Shown here: in pieces, positions 15,001-29,100 of the stretch
Numbering within the stretch: position 1 is the stretch's first letter
Layout: the number at the start of each line of letters is the position of its first letter
Assembly (NCBI GenBank): GCA_032718475.1
Contig: JAUCBJ010006414.1
Location: 45,265-109,264 of the forward strand
Origin: Nemertoderma westbladi
Lineage: Eukaryota > Animalia > Xenacoelomorpha
DNA: 64,000 nucleotides
Direction of reading: 5' to 3'
Made by a program: the position numbers and the translations under genes
Notes under the pieces: model-generated
Told to the model about the DNA's origin: nothing
Seen by the model: only the letters and a program-made list of their open reading frames with translations
Databases searched by the model: none

Positions 15001-18000
15001 GCAGTTCAACAAACTTCTCCCGAATACACACTGTCACATAATAATGCAGTTCAACAAACTTCTCCCGAATACACACTGTCACATAATAATGCAGTTCAAC
15101 AAACTTCTCCCAAGTACACACTCGACATAATAATGCAGTTCAACAAACTTCTCCCGAATACACACTGTCACATAATAATGCAGTTCAACAGAACTTCTCC
15201 CGAATACACACTGTCACATAATAATGCAGTTCAACAAACTTCTCCCGAATACACACTGTCACATAATAATGCAGTTCAACAAACTTCTCCCGAATACACA
15301 CTGTCACATAATAATGCAGTTCAACAAACTTCTCCCGAATACACACTGTCACATAATAATGCAGTTCAACAAACTTCTCCCAAGTACACACTCGACATAA
15401 TAATGCAGTTCAACAAACTTCTCCCAAGTACACACTCGACATAATAATGCAGTTCAACAAACTTCTCCCGAATACACACTGTCACATAATAATGCAGTTC
15501 AACAAACTTCTCCCGAATACACACTCGACATAATAATGCAGTTCAACAAACTTCTCCCGAATACACACTGTCACATAATAATGCAGTTCAACAAACTTCT
15601 CCCGAATACACACTGTCACATAATAATGCAGTTCAACAAACTTCTCCCGAATACACACTGTCACATAATAATGCAGTTCAACAAACTTCTCCCAAGTACA
15701 CACTCGACATAATAATGCAGTTCAACAAACTTCTCCCGAATACACACTGTCACATAATAATGCAGTTCAACAAACTTCTCCCGAATACACACTCGACATA
15801 ATAATGCAGTTCAACAAACTTCTCCCGAATACACACTGTCACATAATAATGCAGTTCAACAAACTTCTCCCGAATACACACTGTCACATAATAATGCAGT
15901 TCAACAAACTTCTCCCGAATACACACTGTCACATAATAATGCAGTTCAACAAACTTCTCCCGAATACACACTGTCACATAATAATGCAGTTCAACAAACT
16001 TCTCCCAAGTACACACTCGACATAATAATGCAGTTCAACAAACTTCTCCCGAATACACACTGTCACATAATAATGCAGTTCAACAAACTTCTCCCAAGTA
16101 CACACTCGACATAATAATGCAGTTCAACAAACTTCTCCCGAATACACACTCGACATAATAATGCAGTTCAACAAACTTCTCCCAAGTACACACTGTCACA
16201 TAATAATGCAGTTCAACAAACTTCTCCCAAGTACACACTCGACATAATAATGCAGTTCAACAAACTTCTCCCGAATACACACTGTCACATAATAATGCAG
16301 TTCAACAAACTTCTCCCAAGTACACACTCGACATAATAATGCAGTTCAACAAACTTCTCCCGAATACACACTGTCACATAATAATGCAGTTCAACAAACT
16401 TCTCCCAAGTACACACTCGACATAATAATGCAGTTCAACAAACTTCTCCCGAATACACACTGTCACATAATAATGTAGTTCAACAAACTTCTCCCAAGTA
16501 CACACTCGACATAATAATGCAGTTCAACAAACTTCTCCCAAGTACACACTGTCACATAATAATGCAGTTCAACAAACTTCTCCCAAGTACACACTCGACA
16601 TAATAATGCAGTTCAACAAACTTCTCCCGAATACACACTGTCACATAATAATGCAGTTCAACAAACTTCTCCCACCACAGTCACATAATAATGCAGTTCA
16701 ACAAACTTCTCCCGAATACACACTGTCACATAATAATGCAGTTCAACAAACTTCTCCCAAGTACACACTGTCACATAATAATGCAGTTCAACAAACTTCT
16801 CCCAAGTACACACTGTCACATAATAATGCAGTTCAACAAACTTCTCCCGAATACACACTGTCACATAATAATGCAGTTCAACAAACTTCTCCCAAGTACA
16901 CACTCGACATAATAATGCAGTTCAACAAACTTCTCCCAAGTACACACTGTCACATAATAATGCAGTTCAACAAACTTCTCCCAAGTACACACTCGACATA
17001 ATAATGCAGTTCAACAAACTTCTCCCGAATACACACTGTCACATAATAATGCAGTTCAACAAACTTCTCCCAAGTACACACTCGACATAATAATGCAGTT
17101 CAACAAACTTCTCCCGAATACACACTGTCACATAATAATGCAGTTCAACAAACTTCTCCCAAGTACACACTCGACATAATAATGCAGTTCAACAAACTTC
17201 TCCCGAATACACACTGTCACATAATAATGCAGTTCAACAAACTTCTCCCAAGTACACACTCGACATAATAATGCAGTTCAACAAACTTCTCCCGAATACA
17301 CACTGTCACATAATAATGCAGTTCAACAAACTTCTCCCAAGTACACACTCGACATAATAATGCAGTTCAACAAACTTCTCCCGAATACACACTGTCACAT
17401 AATAATGCAGTTCAACAAACTTCTCCCAAGTACACACTCGACATAATAATGCAGTTCAACAAACTTCTCCCGAATACACACTGTCACATAATAATGCAGT
17501 TCAACAAACTTCTCCCAAGTACACACTCGACATAATAATGCAGTTCAACAAACTTCTCCCGAATACACACTGTCACATAATAATGCAGTTCAACAAACTT
17601 CTCCCAAGTACACACTCGACATAATAATGCAGTTCAACAAACTTCTCCCGAATACACACTGTCACATAATAATGCAGTTCAACAAACTTCTCCCAAGTAC
17701 ACACTCGACATAATAATGCAGTTCAACAAACTTCTCCCGAATACACACTGTCACATAATAATGCAGTTCAACAAACTTCTCCCGAATACACACTGTCACA
17801 TAATAATGCAGTTCAACAAACTTCTCCCAAGTACACACTCGACATAATAATGCAGTTCAACAAACTTCTCCCGAATACACACTGTCACATAATAATGCAG
17901 TTCAACAAACTTCTCCCAAGTACACACTCGACATAATAATGCAGTTCAACAAACTTCTCCCAAGTACACACTGTCACATAATAATGCAGTTCAACAAACT

Positions 18001-19370
18001 TCTCCCAAGTACACACTCGACATAATAATGCAGTTCAACAAACTTCTCCCGAATACACACTGTCACATAATAATGCAGTTCAACAAACTTCTCCCAAGTA
18101 CACACTCGACATAATAATGCAGTTCAACAAACTTCTCCCGAATACACACTGTCACATAATAATGCAGTTCAACAAACTTCTCCCAAGTACACACTCGACA
18201 TAATAATGCAGTTCAACAAACTTCTCCCGAATACACACTGTCACATAATAATGCAGTTCAACAAACTTCTCCCAACACAGTCACATAATAATGCAGTTCA
18301 ACAAACTTCTCCCGAATACACACTGTCACATAATAATGCAGTTCAACAAACTTCTCCCAAGTACACACTCGACATAATAATGCAGTTCAACAAACTTCTC
18401 CCAAGTACACACTCGACATAATAATGCAGTTCAACAAACTTCTCCCGAATACACACTGTCACATAATAATGCAGTTCAACAAACTTCTCCCAAGTACACA
18501 CTCGACATAATAATGCAGTTCAACAAACTTCTCCCAAGTACACACTCGACATAATAATGCAGTTCAACAAACTTCTCCCAAGTACACACTCGACATAATA
18601 ATGCAGTTCAACAAACTTCTCCCAAGTACACACTCGACATAATAATGCAGTTCAACAAACTTCTCCCGAATACACACTGTCACATAATAATGCAGTTCAA
18701 CAAACTTCTCCCAAGTACACACTCGACATAATAATGCAGTTCAACAAACTTCTCCCAAGTACACACTCGACATAATAATGCAGTTCAACAAACTTCTCCC
18801 AAGTACACACTGTCACATAATAATGCAGTTCAACAAACTTCTCCCAAGTACACACTCGACATAATAATGCAGTTCAACAAACTTCTCCCGAATACACACT
18901 GTCACATAATAATGCAGTTCAACAAACTTCTCCCAAGTACACACTCGACATAATAATGCAGTTCAACAAACTTCTCCCGAATACACACTGTCACATAATA
19001 ATGCAGTTCAACAAACTTCTCCCGAAGTACACACTGTCACATAATAATGCAGTTCAACAAACTTCTCCCAAGTACACACTCGACATAATAATGCAGTTCA
19101 ACAAACTTCTCCCGAATACACACTGTCACATAATAATGCAGTTCAACAAACTTCTCCCAAGTACACACTCGACATAATAATGCAGTTCAACAAACTTCTC
19201 CCGAATACACACTGTCACATAATAATGCAGTTCAACAAACTTCTCCCAAGTACACACTCGACATAATAATGCAGTTCAACAAACTTCTCCCGAATACACA
19301 CTGTCACATAATAATGCAGTTCAACAAACTTCTCCCAAGTACACACTCGACATAATAATGCAGTTCAACA
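15000..19370 (+). repeat. Sub-domain of A (45) and C (44) monomers, largely an 89-bp dimer
   Basis: Near-strict A-C alternation, e.g. about 17000-17710; 39-bp monomers almost absent. Confidence 0.8.
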
Positions 19371-22300
19371 AACTTCTCCCAAGTACACACTGTCACATAA
19401 TAATGCAGTTCAACAAACTTCTCCCAAGTACACACTCGACATAATAATGCAGTTCAACAAACTTCTCCCAAGTACACACTGTCACATAATAATGCAGTTC
19501 AACAAACTTCTCCCAAGTACACACTCGACATAATAATGCAGTTCAACAAACTTCTCCCAAGTACACACTCGACATAATAATGCAGTTCAACAAACTTCTC
19601 CCAAGTACACACTCGACATAATAATGCAGTTCAACAAACTTCTCCCAAGTACACACTGTCACATAATAATGCAGTTCAACAAACTTCTCCCAAGTACACA
19701 CTCGACATAATAATGCAGTTCAACAAACTTCTCCCAAGTACACACTCGACATAATAATGCAGTTCAACAAACTTCTCCCAAGTACACACTGTCACATAAT
19801 AATGCAGTTCAACAAACTTCTCCCAAGTACACACTCGACATAATAATGCAGTTCAACAAACTTCTCCCAAGTACACACTGTCACATAATAATGCAGTTCA
19901 ACAAACTTCTCCCAAGTACACACTCGTCACATAATAATGCAGTTCAACAAACTTCTCCCAAGTACACACTGTCACATAATAATGCAGTTCAACAAACTTC
20001 TCCCAAGTACACACTCGACATAATAATGCAGTTCAACAAACTTCTCCCAAGTACACACTGTCACATAATAATGCAGTTCAACAAACTTCTCCCAAGTACA
20101 CACTCGACATAATAATGCAGTTCAACAAACTTCTCCCAAGTACACACTCGACATAATAATGCAGTTCAACAAACTTCTCCCAAGTACACACTCGACATAA
20201 TAATGCAGTTCAACAAACTTCTCCCAAGTACACACTGTCACATAATAATGCAGTTCAACAAACTTCTCCCAAGTACACACTCGACATAATAATGCAGTTC
20301 AACAAACTTCTCCCGAATACACACTGTCACATAATAATGCAGTTCAACAAACTTCTCCCAAGTACACACTCGACATAATAATGCAGTTCAACAAACTTCT
20401 CCCAAGTACACACTCGACATAATAATGCAGTTCAACAAACTTCTCCCAAGTACACACTGTCACATAATAATGCAGTTCAACAAACTTCTCCCAAGTACAC
20501 ACTCGACATAATAATGCAGTTCAACAAACTTCTCCCAAGTACACACTGTCACATAATAATGCAGTTCAACAAACTTCTCCCAAGTACACACTCGTCACAT
20601 AATAATGCAGTTCAACAAACTTCTCCCAAGTACACACTGTCACATAATAATGCAGTTCAACAAACTTCTCCCAAGTACACACTGTCACATAATAATGCAG
20701 TTCAACAAACTTCTCCCAAGTACACACTGTCACATAATAATGCAGTTCAACAAACTTCTCCCAAGTACACACTGTCACATAATAATGCAGTTCAACAAAC
20801 TTCTCCCAAGTACACACTCGACATAATAATGCAGTTCAACAAACTTCTCCCAAGTACACACTCGACATAATAATGCAGTTCAACAAACTTCTCCCAAGTA
20901 CACACTCGACATAATAATGCAGTTCAACAAACTTCTCCCGAAGTACACACTGTCACATAATAATGCAGTTCAACAAACTTCTCCCAAGTACACACTGTCA
21001 CATAATAATGCAGTTCAACAAACTTCTCCCAAGTACACACTGTCACATAATAATGCAGTTCAACAAACTTCTCCCAAGTACACACTCGACATAATAATGC
21101 AGTTCAACAAACTTCTCCCGAATACACACTGTCACATAATAATGCAGTTCAACAAACTTCTCCCGAATACACACTGTCACATAATAATGCAGTTCAACAA
21201 ACTTCTCCCAAGTACACACTGTCACATAATAATGCAGTTCAACAAACTTCTCCCAAGTACACACTGTCACATAATAATGCAGTTCAACAAACTTCTCCCA
21301 AGTACACACTGTCACATAATAATGCAGTTCAACAAACTTCTCCCAAGTACACACTGTCACATAATAATGCAGTTCAACAAACTTCTCCCAAGTACACACT
21401 GTCACATAATAATGCAGTTCAACAAACTTCTCCCAAGTACACACTGTCACATAATAATGCAGTTCAACAAACTTCTCCCAAGTACACACTCGACATAATA
21501 ATGCAGTTCAACAAACTTCTCCCGAAGTACACACTGTCACATAATAATGCAGTTCAACAAACTTCTCCCAAGTACACACTGTCACATAATAATGCAGTTC
21601 AACAAACTTCTCCCAAGTACACACTCGACATAATAATGCAGTTCAACAAACTTCTCCCAAGTACACACTCGACATAATAATGCAGTTCAACAAACTTCTC
21701 CCAAGTACACACTCGACATAATAATGCAGTTCAACAAACTTCTCCCGAATACACACTGTCACATAATAATGCAGTTCAACAAACTTCTCCCGAATACACA
21801 CTGTCACATAATAATGCAGTTCAACAAACTTCTCCCAAGTACACACTCGACATAATAATGCAGTTCAACAAACTTCTCCCAAGTACACACTCGACATAAT
21901 AATGCAGTTCAACAAACTTCTCCCAAGTACACACTCGACATAATAATGCAGTTCAACAAACTTCTCCCAAGTACACACTCGACATAATAATGCAGTTCAA
22001 CAAACTTCTCCCAAGTACACACTCGACATAATAATGCAGTTCAACAAACTTCTCCCAAGTACACACTGTCACATAATAATGCAGTTCAACAAACTTCTCC
22101 CAAGTACACACTCGACATAATAATGCAGTTCAACAAACTTCTCCCGAATACACACAGTCACATAATAATGCAGTTCAACAAACTTCTCCCGAATACACAC
22201 TGTCACATAATAATGCAGTTCAACAAACTTCTCCCAAGTACACACTCGACATAATAATGCAGTTCAACAAACTTCTCCCAAGTACACACTCGACATAATA

Positions 22301-23350
22301 ATGCAGTTCAACAAACTTCTCCCGAATACACACTGTCACATAATAATGCAGTTCAACAAACTTCTCCCGAATACACACTCGACATAATAATGCGGTTCAA
22401 CAAACTTCTCCCGAATACACACTGTCACATAATAATGCAGTTCAACAAACTTCTCCCAAGTACACACTCGACATAATAATGCAGTTCAACAAACTTCTCC
22501 CAAGTACACACTCGACATAATAATGCAGTTCAACAAACTTCTCCCAAGTACACACTCGACATAATAATGCAGTTCAACAAACTTCTCCCAAGTACACACT
22601 CGACATAATAATGCAGTTCAACAAACTTCTCCCAAGTACACACTCGACATAATAATGCAGTTCAACAAACTTCTCCCAAGTACACACTCGACATAATAAT
22701 GCAGTTCAACAAACTTCTCCCAAGTACACACTCGACATAATAATGCAGTTCAACAAACTTCTCCCAAGTACACACTGTCACATAATAATGCAGTTCAACA
22801 AACTTCTCCCAAGTACACACTCGACATAATAATGCAGTTCAACAAACTTCTCCCAAGTACACACTCGACATAATAATGCAGTTCAACAAACTTCTCCCAA
22901 GTACACACTGTCACATAATAATGCAGTTCAACAAACTTCTCCCAAGTACACACTGTCACATAATAATGCAGTTCAACAAACTTCTCCCAAGTACACACTC
23001 GACATAATAATGCAGTTCAACAAACTTCTCCCAAGTACACACTCGACATAATAATGCAGTTCAACAAACTTCTCCCAAGTACACACTCGACATAATAATG
23101 CAGTTCAACAAACTTCTCCCAAGTACACACTCGACATAATAATGCAGTTCAACAAACTTCTCCCAAGTACACACTGTCACATAATAATGCAGTTCAACAA
23201 ACTTCTCCCAAGTACACACTCGACATAATAATGCAGTTCAACAAACTTCTCCCAAGTACACACTCGACATAATAATGCAGTTCAACAAACTTCTCCCAAG
23301 TACACACTGTCACATAATAATGCAGTTCAACAAACTTCTCCCAAGTACAC
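19370..23350 (+). repeat. Sub-domain dominated by CAAGT tails (B and C monomers)
   Basis: Runs of B (about 20600-20780, 21190-21450) and C (about 22440-22740); few CGAAT tails. Confidence 0.75.
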
Positions 23351-26100
23351 ACTCGACATAATAATGCAGTTCAACAAACTTCTCCCGAATACACACTGTC
23401 ACATAATAATGCAGTTCAACAAACTTCTCCCAAGTACACACTGTCACATAATAATGTAGTTCAACAAACTTCTCCCAAGTACACACTGTCACATAATAAT
23501 GTAGTTCAACAAACTTCTCCCGAATACACACTGTCACATAATAATGCAGTTCAACAAACTTCTCCCAAGTACACACTCGACATAATAATGCAGTTCAACA
23601 AACTTCTCCCAAGTACACACTCGACATAATAATGCAGTTCAACAAACTTCTCCCGAATACACACTGTCACATAATAATGCAGTTCAACAAACTTCTCCCA
23701 AGTACACACTCGACATAATAATGCAGTTCAACAAACTTCTCCCAAGTACACACTCGACATAATAATGCAGTTCAACAAACTTCTCCCGAATACACACTGT
23801 CACATAATAATGCAGTTCAACAAACTTCTCCCAAGTACACACTCGACATAATAATGCAGTTCAACAAACTTCTCCCAAGTACACACTCGACATAATAATG
23901 CAGTTCAACAAACTTCTCCCGAATACACACTGTCACATAATAATGCAGTTCAACAAACTTCTCCCAAGTACACACTGTCACATAATAATGTAGTTCAACA
24001 AACTTCTCCCAAGTACACACTGTCACATAATAATGTAGTTCAACAAACTTCTCCCGAATACACACTGTCACATAATAATGCAGTTCAACAAACTTCTCCC
24101 AAGTACACACTCGACATAATAATGCAGTTCAACAAACTTCTCCCAAGTACACACTCGACATAATAATGCAGTTCAACAAACTTCTCCCAAGTACACACTG
24201 TCACATAATAATGCAGTTCAACAAACTTCTCCCAAGTACACACTCGACATAATAATGCAGTTCAACAAACTTCTCCCGAATACACACTGTCACATAATAA
24301 TGCAGTTCAACAAACTTCTCCCAAGTACACACTGTCACATAATAATGTAGTTCAACAAACTTCTCCCAAGTACACACTGTCACATAATAATGTAGTTCAA
24401 CAAACTTCTCCCGAATACACACTGTCACATAATAATGTAGTTCAACAAACTTCTCCCGAATACACACTGTCACATAATAATGCAGTTCAACAAACTTCTC
24501 CCAAGTACACACTCGACATAATAATGCAGTTCAACAAACTTCTCCCAAGTACACACTCGACATAATAATGCAGTTCAACAAACTTCTCCCAAGTACACAC
24601 TGTCACATAATAATGCAGTTCAACAAACTTCTCCCAAGTACACACTCGACATAATAATGCAGTTCAACAAACTTCTCCCGAATACACACAGTCACATAAT
24701 AATGCAGTTCAACAAACTTCTCCCGAATACACACTGTCACATAATAATGCAGTTCAACAAACTTCTCCCAAGTACACACTCGACATAATAATGCAGTTCA
24801 ACAAACTTCTCCCAAGTACACACTGTCACATAATAATGCAGTTCAACAAACTTCTCCCAAGTACACACTCGACATAATAATGCAGTTCAACAAACTTCTC
24901 CCAAGTACACACTGTCACATAATAATGCAGTTCAACAAACTTCTCCCAAGTACACACTCGACATAATAATGCAGTTCAACAAACTTCTCCCAAGTACACA
25001 CTCGACATAATAATGCAGTTCAACAAACTTCTCCCAAGTACACACTCGACATAATAATGCAGTTCAACAAACTTCTCCCGAATACACACTGTCACATAAT
25101 AATGTAGTTCAACAAACTTCTCCCGAATACACACTGTCACATAATAATGTAGTTCAACAAACTTCTCCCAAGTACACACTCGACATAATAATGCAGTTCA
25201 ACAAACTTCTCCCGAATACACACTGTCACATAATAATGTAGTTCAACAAACTTCTCCCAAGTACACACTCGACATAATAATGCAGTTCAACAAACTTCTC
25301 CCGAATACACACTGTCACATAATAATGTAGTTCAACAAACTTCTCCCGAATACACACTGTCACATAATAATGTAGTTCAACAAACTTCTCCCAAGTACAC
25401 ACTCGACATAATAATGCAGTTCAACAAACTTCTCCCGAATACACACTGTCACATAATAATGCAGTTCAACAAACTTCTCCCAAGTACACACTCGACATAA
25501 TAATGCAGTTCAACAAACTTCTCCCAAGTACACACTCGACATAATAATGCAGTTCAACAAACTTCTCCCGAATACACACTGTCACATAATAATGCAGTTC
25601 AACAAACTTCTCCCAAGTACACACTCGACATAATAATGCAGTTCAACAAACTTCTCCCGAATACACACTGTCACATAATAATGTAGTTCAACAAACTTCT
25701 CCCGAATACACACTGTTACATAATAATGCAGTTCAACAAACTTCTCCCGAATACACACTGTCACATAATAATGTAGTTCAACAAACTTCTCCCAAGTACA
25801 CACTCGACATAATAATGTAGTTCAACAAACTTCTCCCAAGTACACACTGTCACATAATAATGCAGTTCAACAAACTTCTCCCAAGTACACACTCGACATA
25901 ATAATGCAGTTCAACAAACTTCTCCCAAGTACACACTCGACATAATAATGCAGTTCAACAAACTTCTCCCGAATACACACTGTCACATAATAATGTAGTT
26001 CAACAAACTTCTCCCGAATACACACTGTCACATAATAATGCAGTTCAACAAACTTCTCCCAAGTACACACTCGACATAATAATGCAGTTCAACAAACTTC
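23350..26100 (+). repeat. Sub-domain of A/B/C monomers enriched in the TGTAGTT core variant
   Basis: Frequent TGTAGTT between about 23455 and 26000; the block ending at 23576 is repeated ending at 24110 (534-bp offset). Confidence 0.75.
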
Positions 26101-29100
26101 TCCCAAGTACACACTCGACATAATAATGCAGTTCAACAAACTTCTCCCGAATACACACTCGACATAATAATGCAGTTCAACAAACTTCTCCCGAATACAC
26201 ACTCGACATAATAATGCAGTTCAACAAACTTCTCCCAAGTACACACTCGACATAATAATGCAGTTCAACAAACTTCTCCCAAGTACACACTCGACATAAT
26301 AATGCAGTTCAACAAACTTCTCCCGAATACACACTCGACATAATAATGCAGTTCAACAAACTTCTCCCAAGTACACACTCGACATAATAATGCAGTTCAA
26401 CAAACTTCTCCCGAATACACACTCGACATAATAATGCAGTTCAACAAACTTCTCCCAAGTACACACTCGACATAATAATGCAGTTCAACAAACTTCTCCC
26501 GAATACACACTGTCACATAATAATGCAGTTCAACAAACTTCTCCCAAGTACACACTCGACATAATAATGCAGTTCAACAAACTTCTCCCGAATACACACT
26601 GTTACATAATAATGCAGTTCAACAAACTTCTCCCGAATACACACTGTCACATAATAATGCAGTTCAACAAACTTCTCCCAAGTACACACTGTCACATAAT
26701 AATGCAGTTCAACAAACTTCTCCCAAGTACACACTCGACATAATAATGCAGTTCAACAAACTTCTCCCAAGTACACACTCGACATAATAATGCAGTTCAA
26801 CAAACTTCTCCCAAGTACACACTCGACATAATAATGCAGTTCAACAAACTTCTCCCGAATACACACTCGACATAATAATGCAGTTCAACAAACTTCTCCC
26901 AAGTACACACTCGACATAATAATGCAGTTCAACAAACTTCTCCCGAATACACACTCGACATAATAATGCAGTTCAACAAACTTCTCCCGAATACACACTC
27001 GACATAATAATGCAGTTCAACAAACTTCTCCCAAGTACACACTCGACATAATAATGCAGTTCAACAAACTTCTCCCGAATACACACTGTCACATAATAAT
27101 GCAGTTCAACAAACTTCTCCCGAATACACACTCGACATAATAATGCAGTTCAACAAACTTCTCCCAAGTACACACTCGACATAATAATGCAGTTCAACAA
27201 ACTTCTCCCGAATACACACTGTCACATAATAATGCAGTTCAACAAACTTCTCCCAAGTACACACTCGACATAATAATGCAGTTCAACAAACTTCTCCCGA
27301 ATACACACTCGACATAATAATGCAGTTCAACAAACTTCTCCCAAGTACACACTCGACATAATAATGCAGTTCAACAAACTTCTCCCGAATACACACTGTC
27401 ACATAATAATGCAGTTCAACAAACTTCTCCCAAGTACACACTCGACATAATAATGCAGTTCAACAAACTTCTCCCGAATACACACTGTTACATAATAATG
27501 CAGTTCAACAAACTTCTCCCGAATACACACTGTCACATAATAATGCAGTTCAACAAACTTCTCCCAAGTACACACTCGACATAATAATGCAGTTCAACAA
27601 ACTTCTCCCAAGTACACACTCGACATAATAATGCAGTTCAACAAACTTCTCCCGAATACACACTGTCACATAATAATGCAGTTCAACAAACTTCTCCCAA
27701 GTACACACTCGACATAATAATGCAGTTCAACAAACTTCTCCCAAGTACACACTCGACATAATAATGCAGTTCAACAAACTTCTCCCGAATACACACTGTT
27801 ACATAATAATGCAGTTCAACAAACTTCTCCCGAATACACACTCGACATAATAATGCAGTTCAACAAACTTCTCCCGAATACACACTCGACATAATAATGC
27901 AGTTCAACAAACTTCTCCCGAATACACACTCGACATAATAATGCAGTTCAACAAACTTCTCCCAAGTACACACTCGACATAATAATGCGGTTCAACAAAC
28001 TTCTCCCGAATACACACTCGACATAATAATGCAGTTCAACAAACTTCTCCCGAATACACACTGTTACATAATAATGCAGTTCAACAAACTTCTCCCGAAT
28101 ACACACTCGACATAATAATGCAGTTCAACAAACTTCTCCCAAGTACACACTCGACATAATAATGCAGTTCAACAAACTTCTCCCGAATACACACTCGACA
28201 TAATAATGCAGTTCAACAAACTTCTCCCGAATACACACTCGACATAATAATGCAGTTCAACAAACTTCTCCCAAGTACACACTCGACATAATAATGCAGT
28301 TCAACAAACTTCTCCCAAGTACACACTCGACATAATAATGCAGTTCAACAAACTTCTCCCGAATACACACTCGACATAATAATGCAGTTCAACAAACTTC
28401 TCCCGAATACACACTCGACATAATAATGCAGTTCAACAAACTTCTCCCAAGTACACACTCGACATAATAATGCGGTTCAACAAACTTCTCCCGAATACAC
28501 ACTGTCACATAATAATGTAGTTCAACAAACTTCTCCCGAATACACACTCGACATAATAATGCAGTTCAACAAACTTCTCCCAAGTACACACTCGACATAA
28601 TAATGCAGTTCAACAAACTTCTCCCGAATACACACTGTCACATAATAATGCAGTTCAACAAACTTCTCCCGAATACACACAGTCACATAATAATGCAGTT
28701 CAACAAACTTCTCCCGAATACACACTGTCACATAATAATGCAGTTCAACAAACTTCTCCCAAGTACACACTCGACATAATAATGCAGTTCAACAAACTTC
28801 TCCCGAATACACACTGTCACATAATAATGCAGTTCAACAAACTTCTCCCAAGTACACACTCGACATAATAATGTAGTTCAACAAACTTCTCCCGAATACA
28901 CACTGTCACATAATAATGCAGTTCAACAAACTTCTCCCAAGTACACACTCGACATAATAATGCAGTTCAACAAACTTCTCCCAAGTACACACTCGACATA
29001 ATAATGCAGTTCAACAAACTTCTCCCAAATACACACTGTCACATAATAATGCAGTTCAACAAACTTCTCCCAAGTACACACTGTCACATAATAATGCAGT

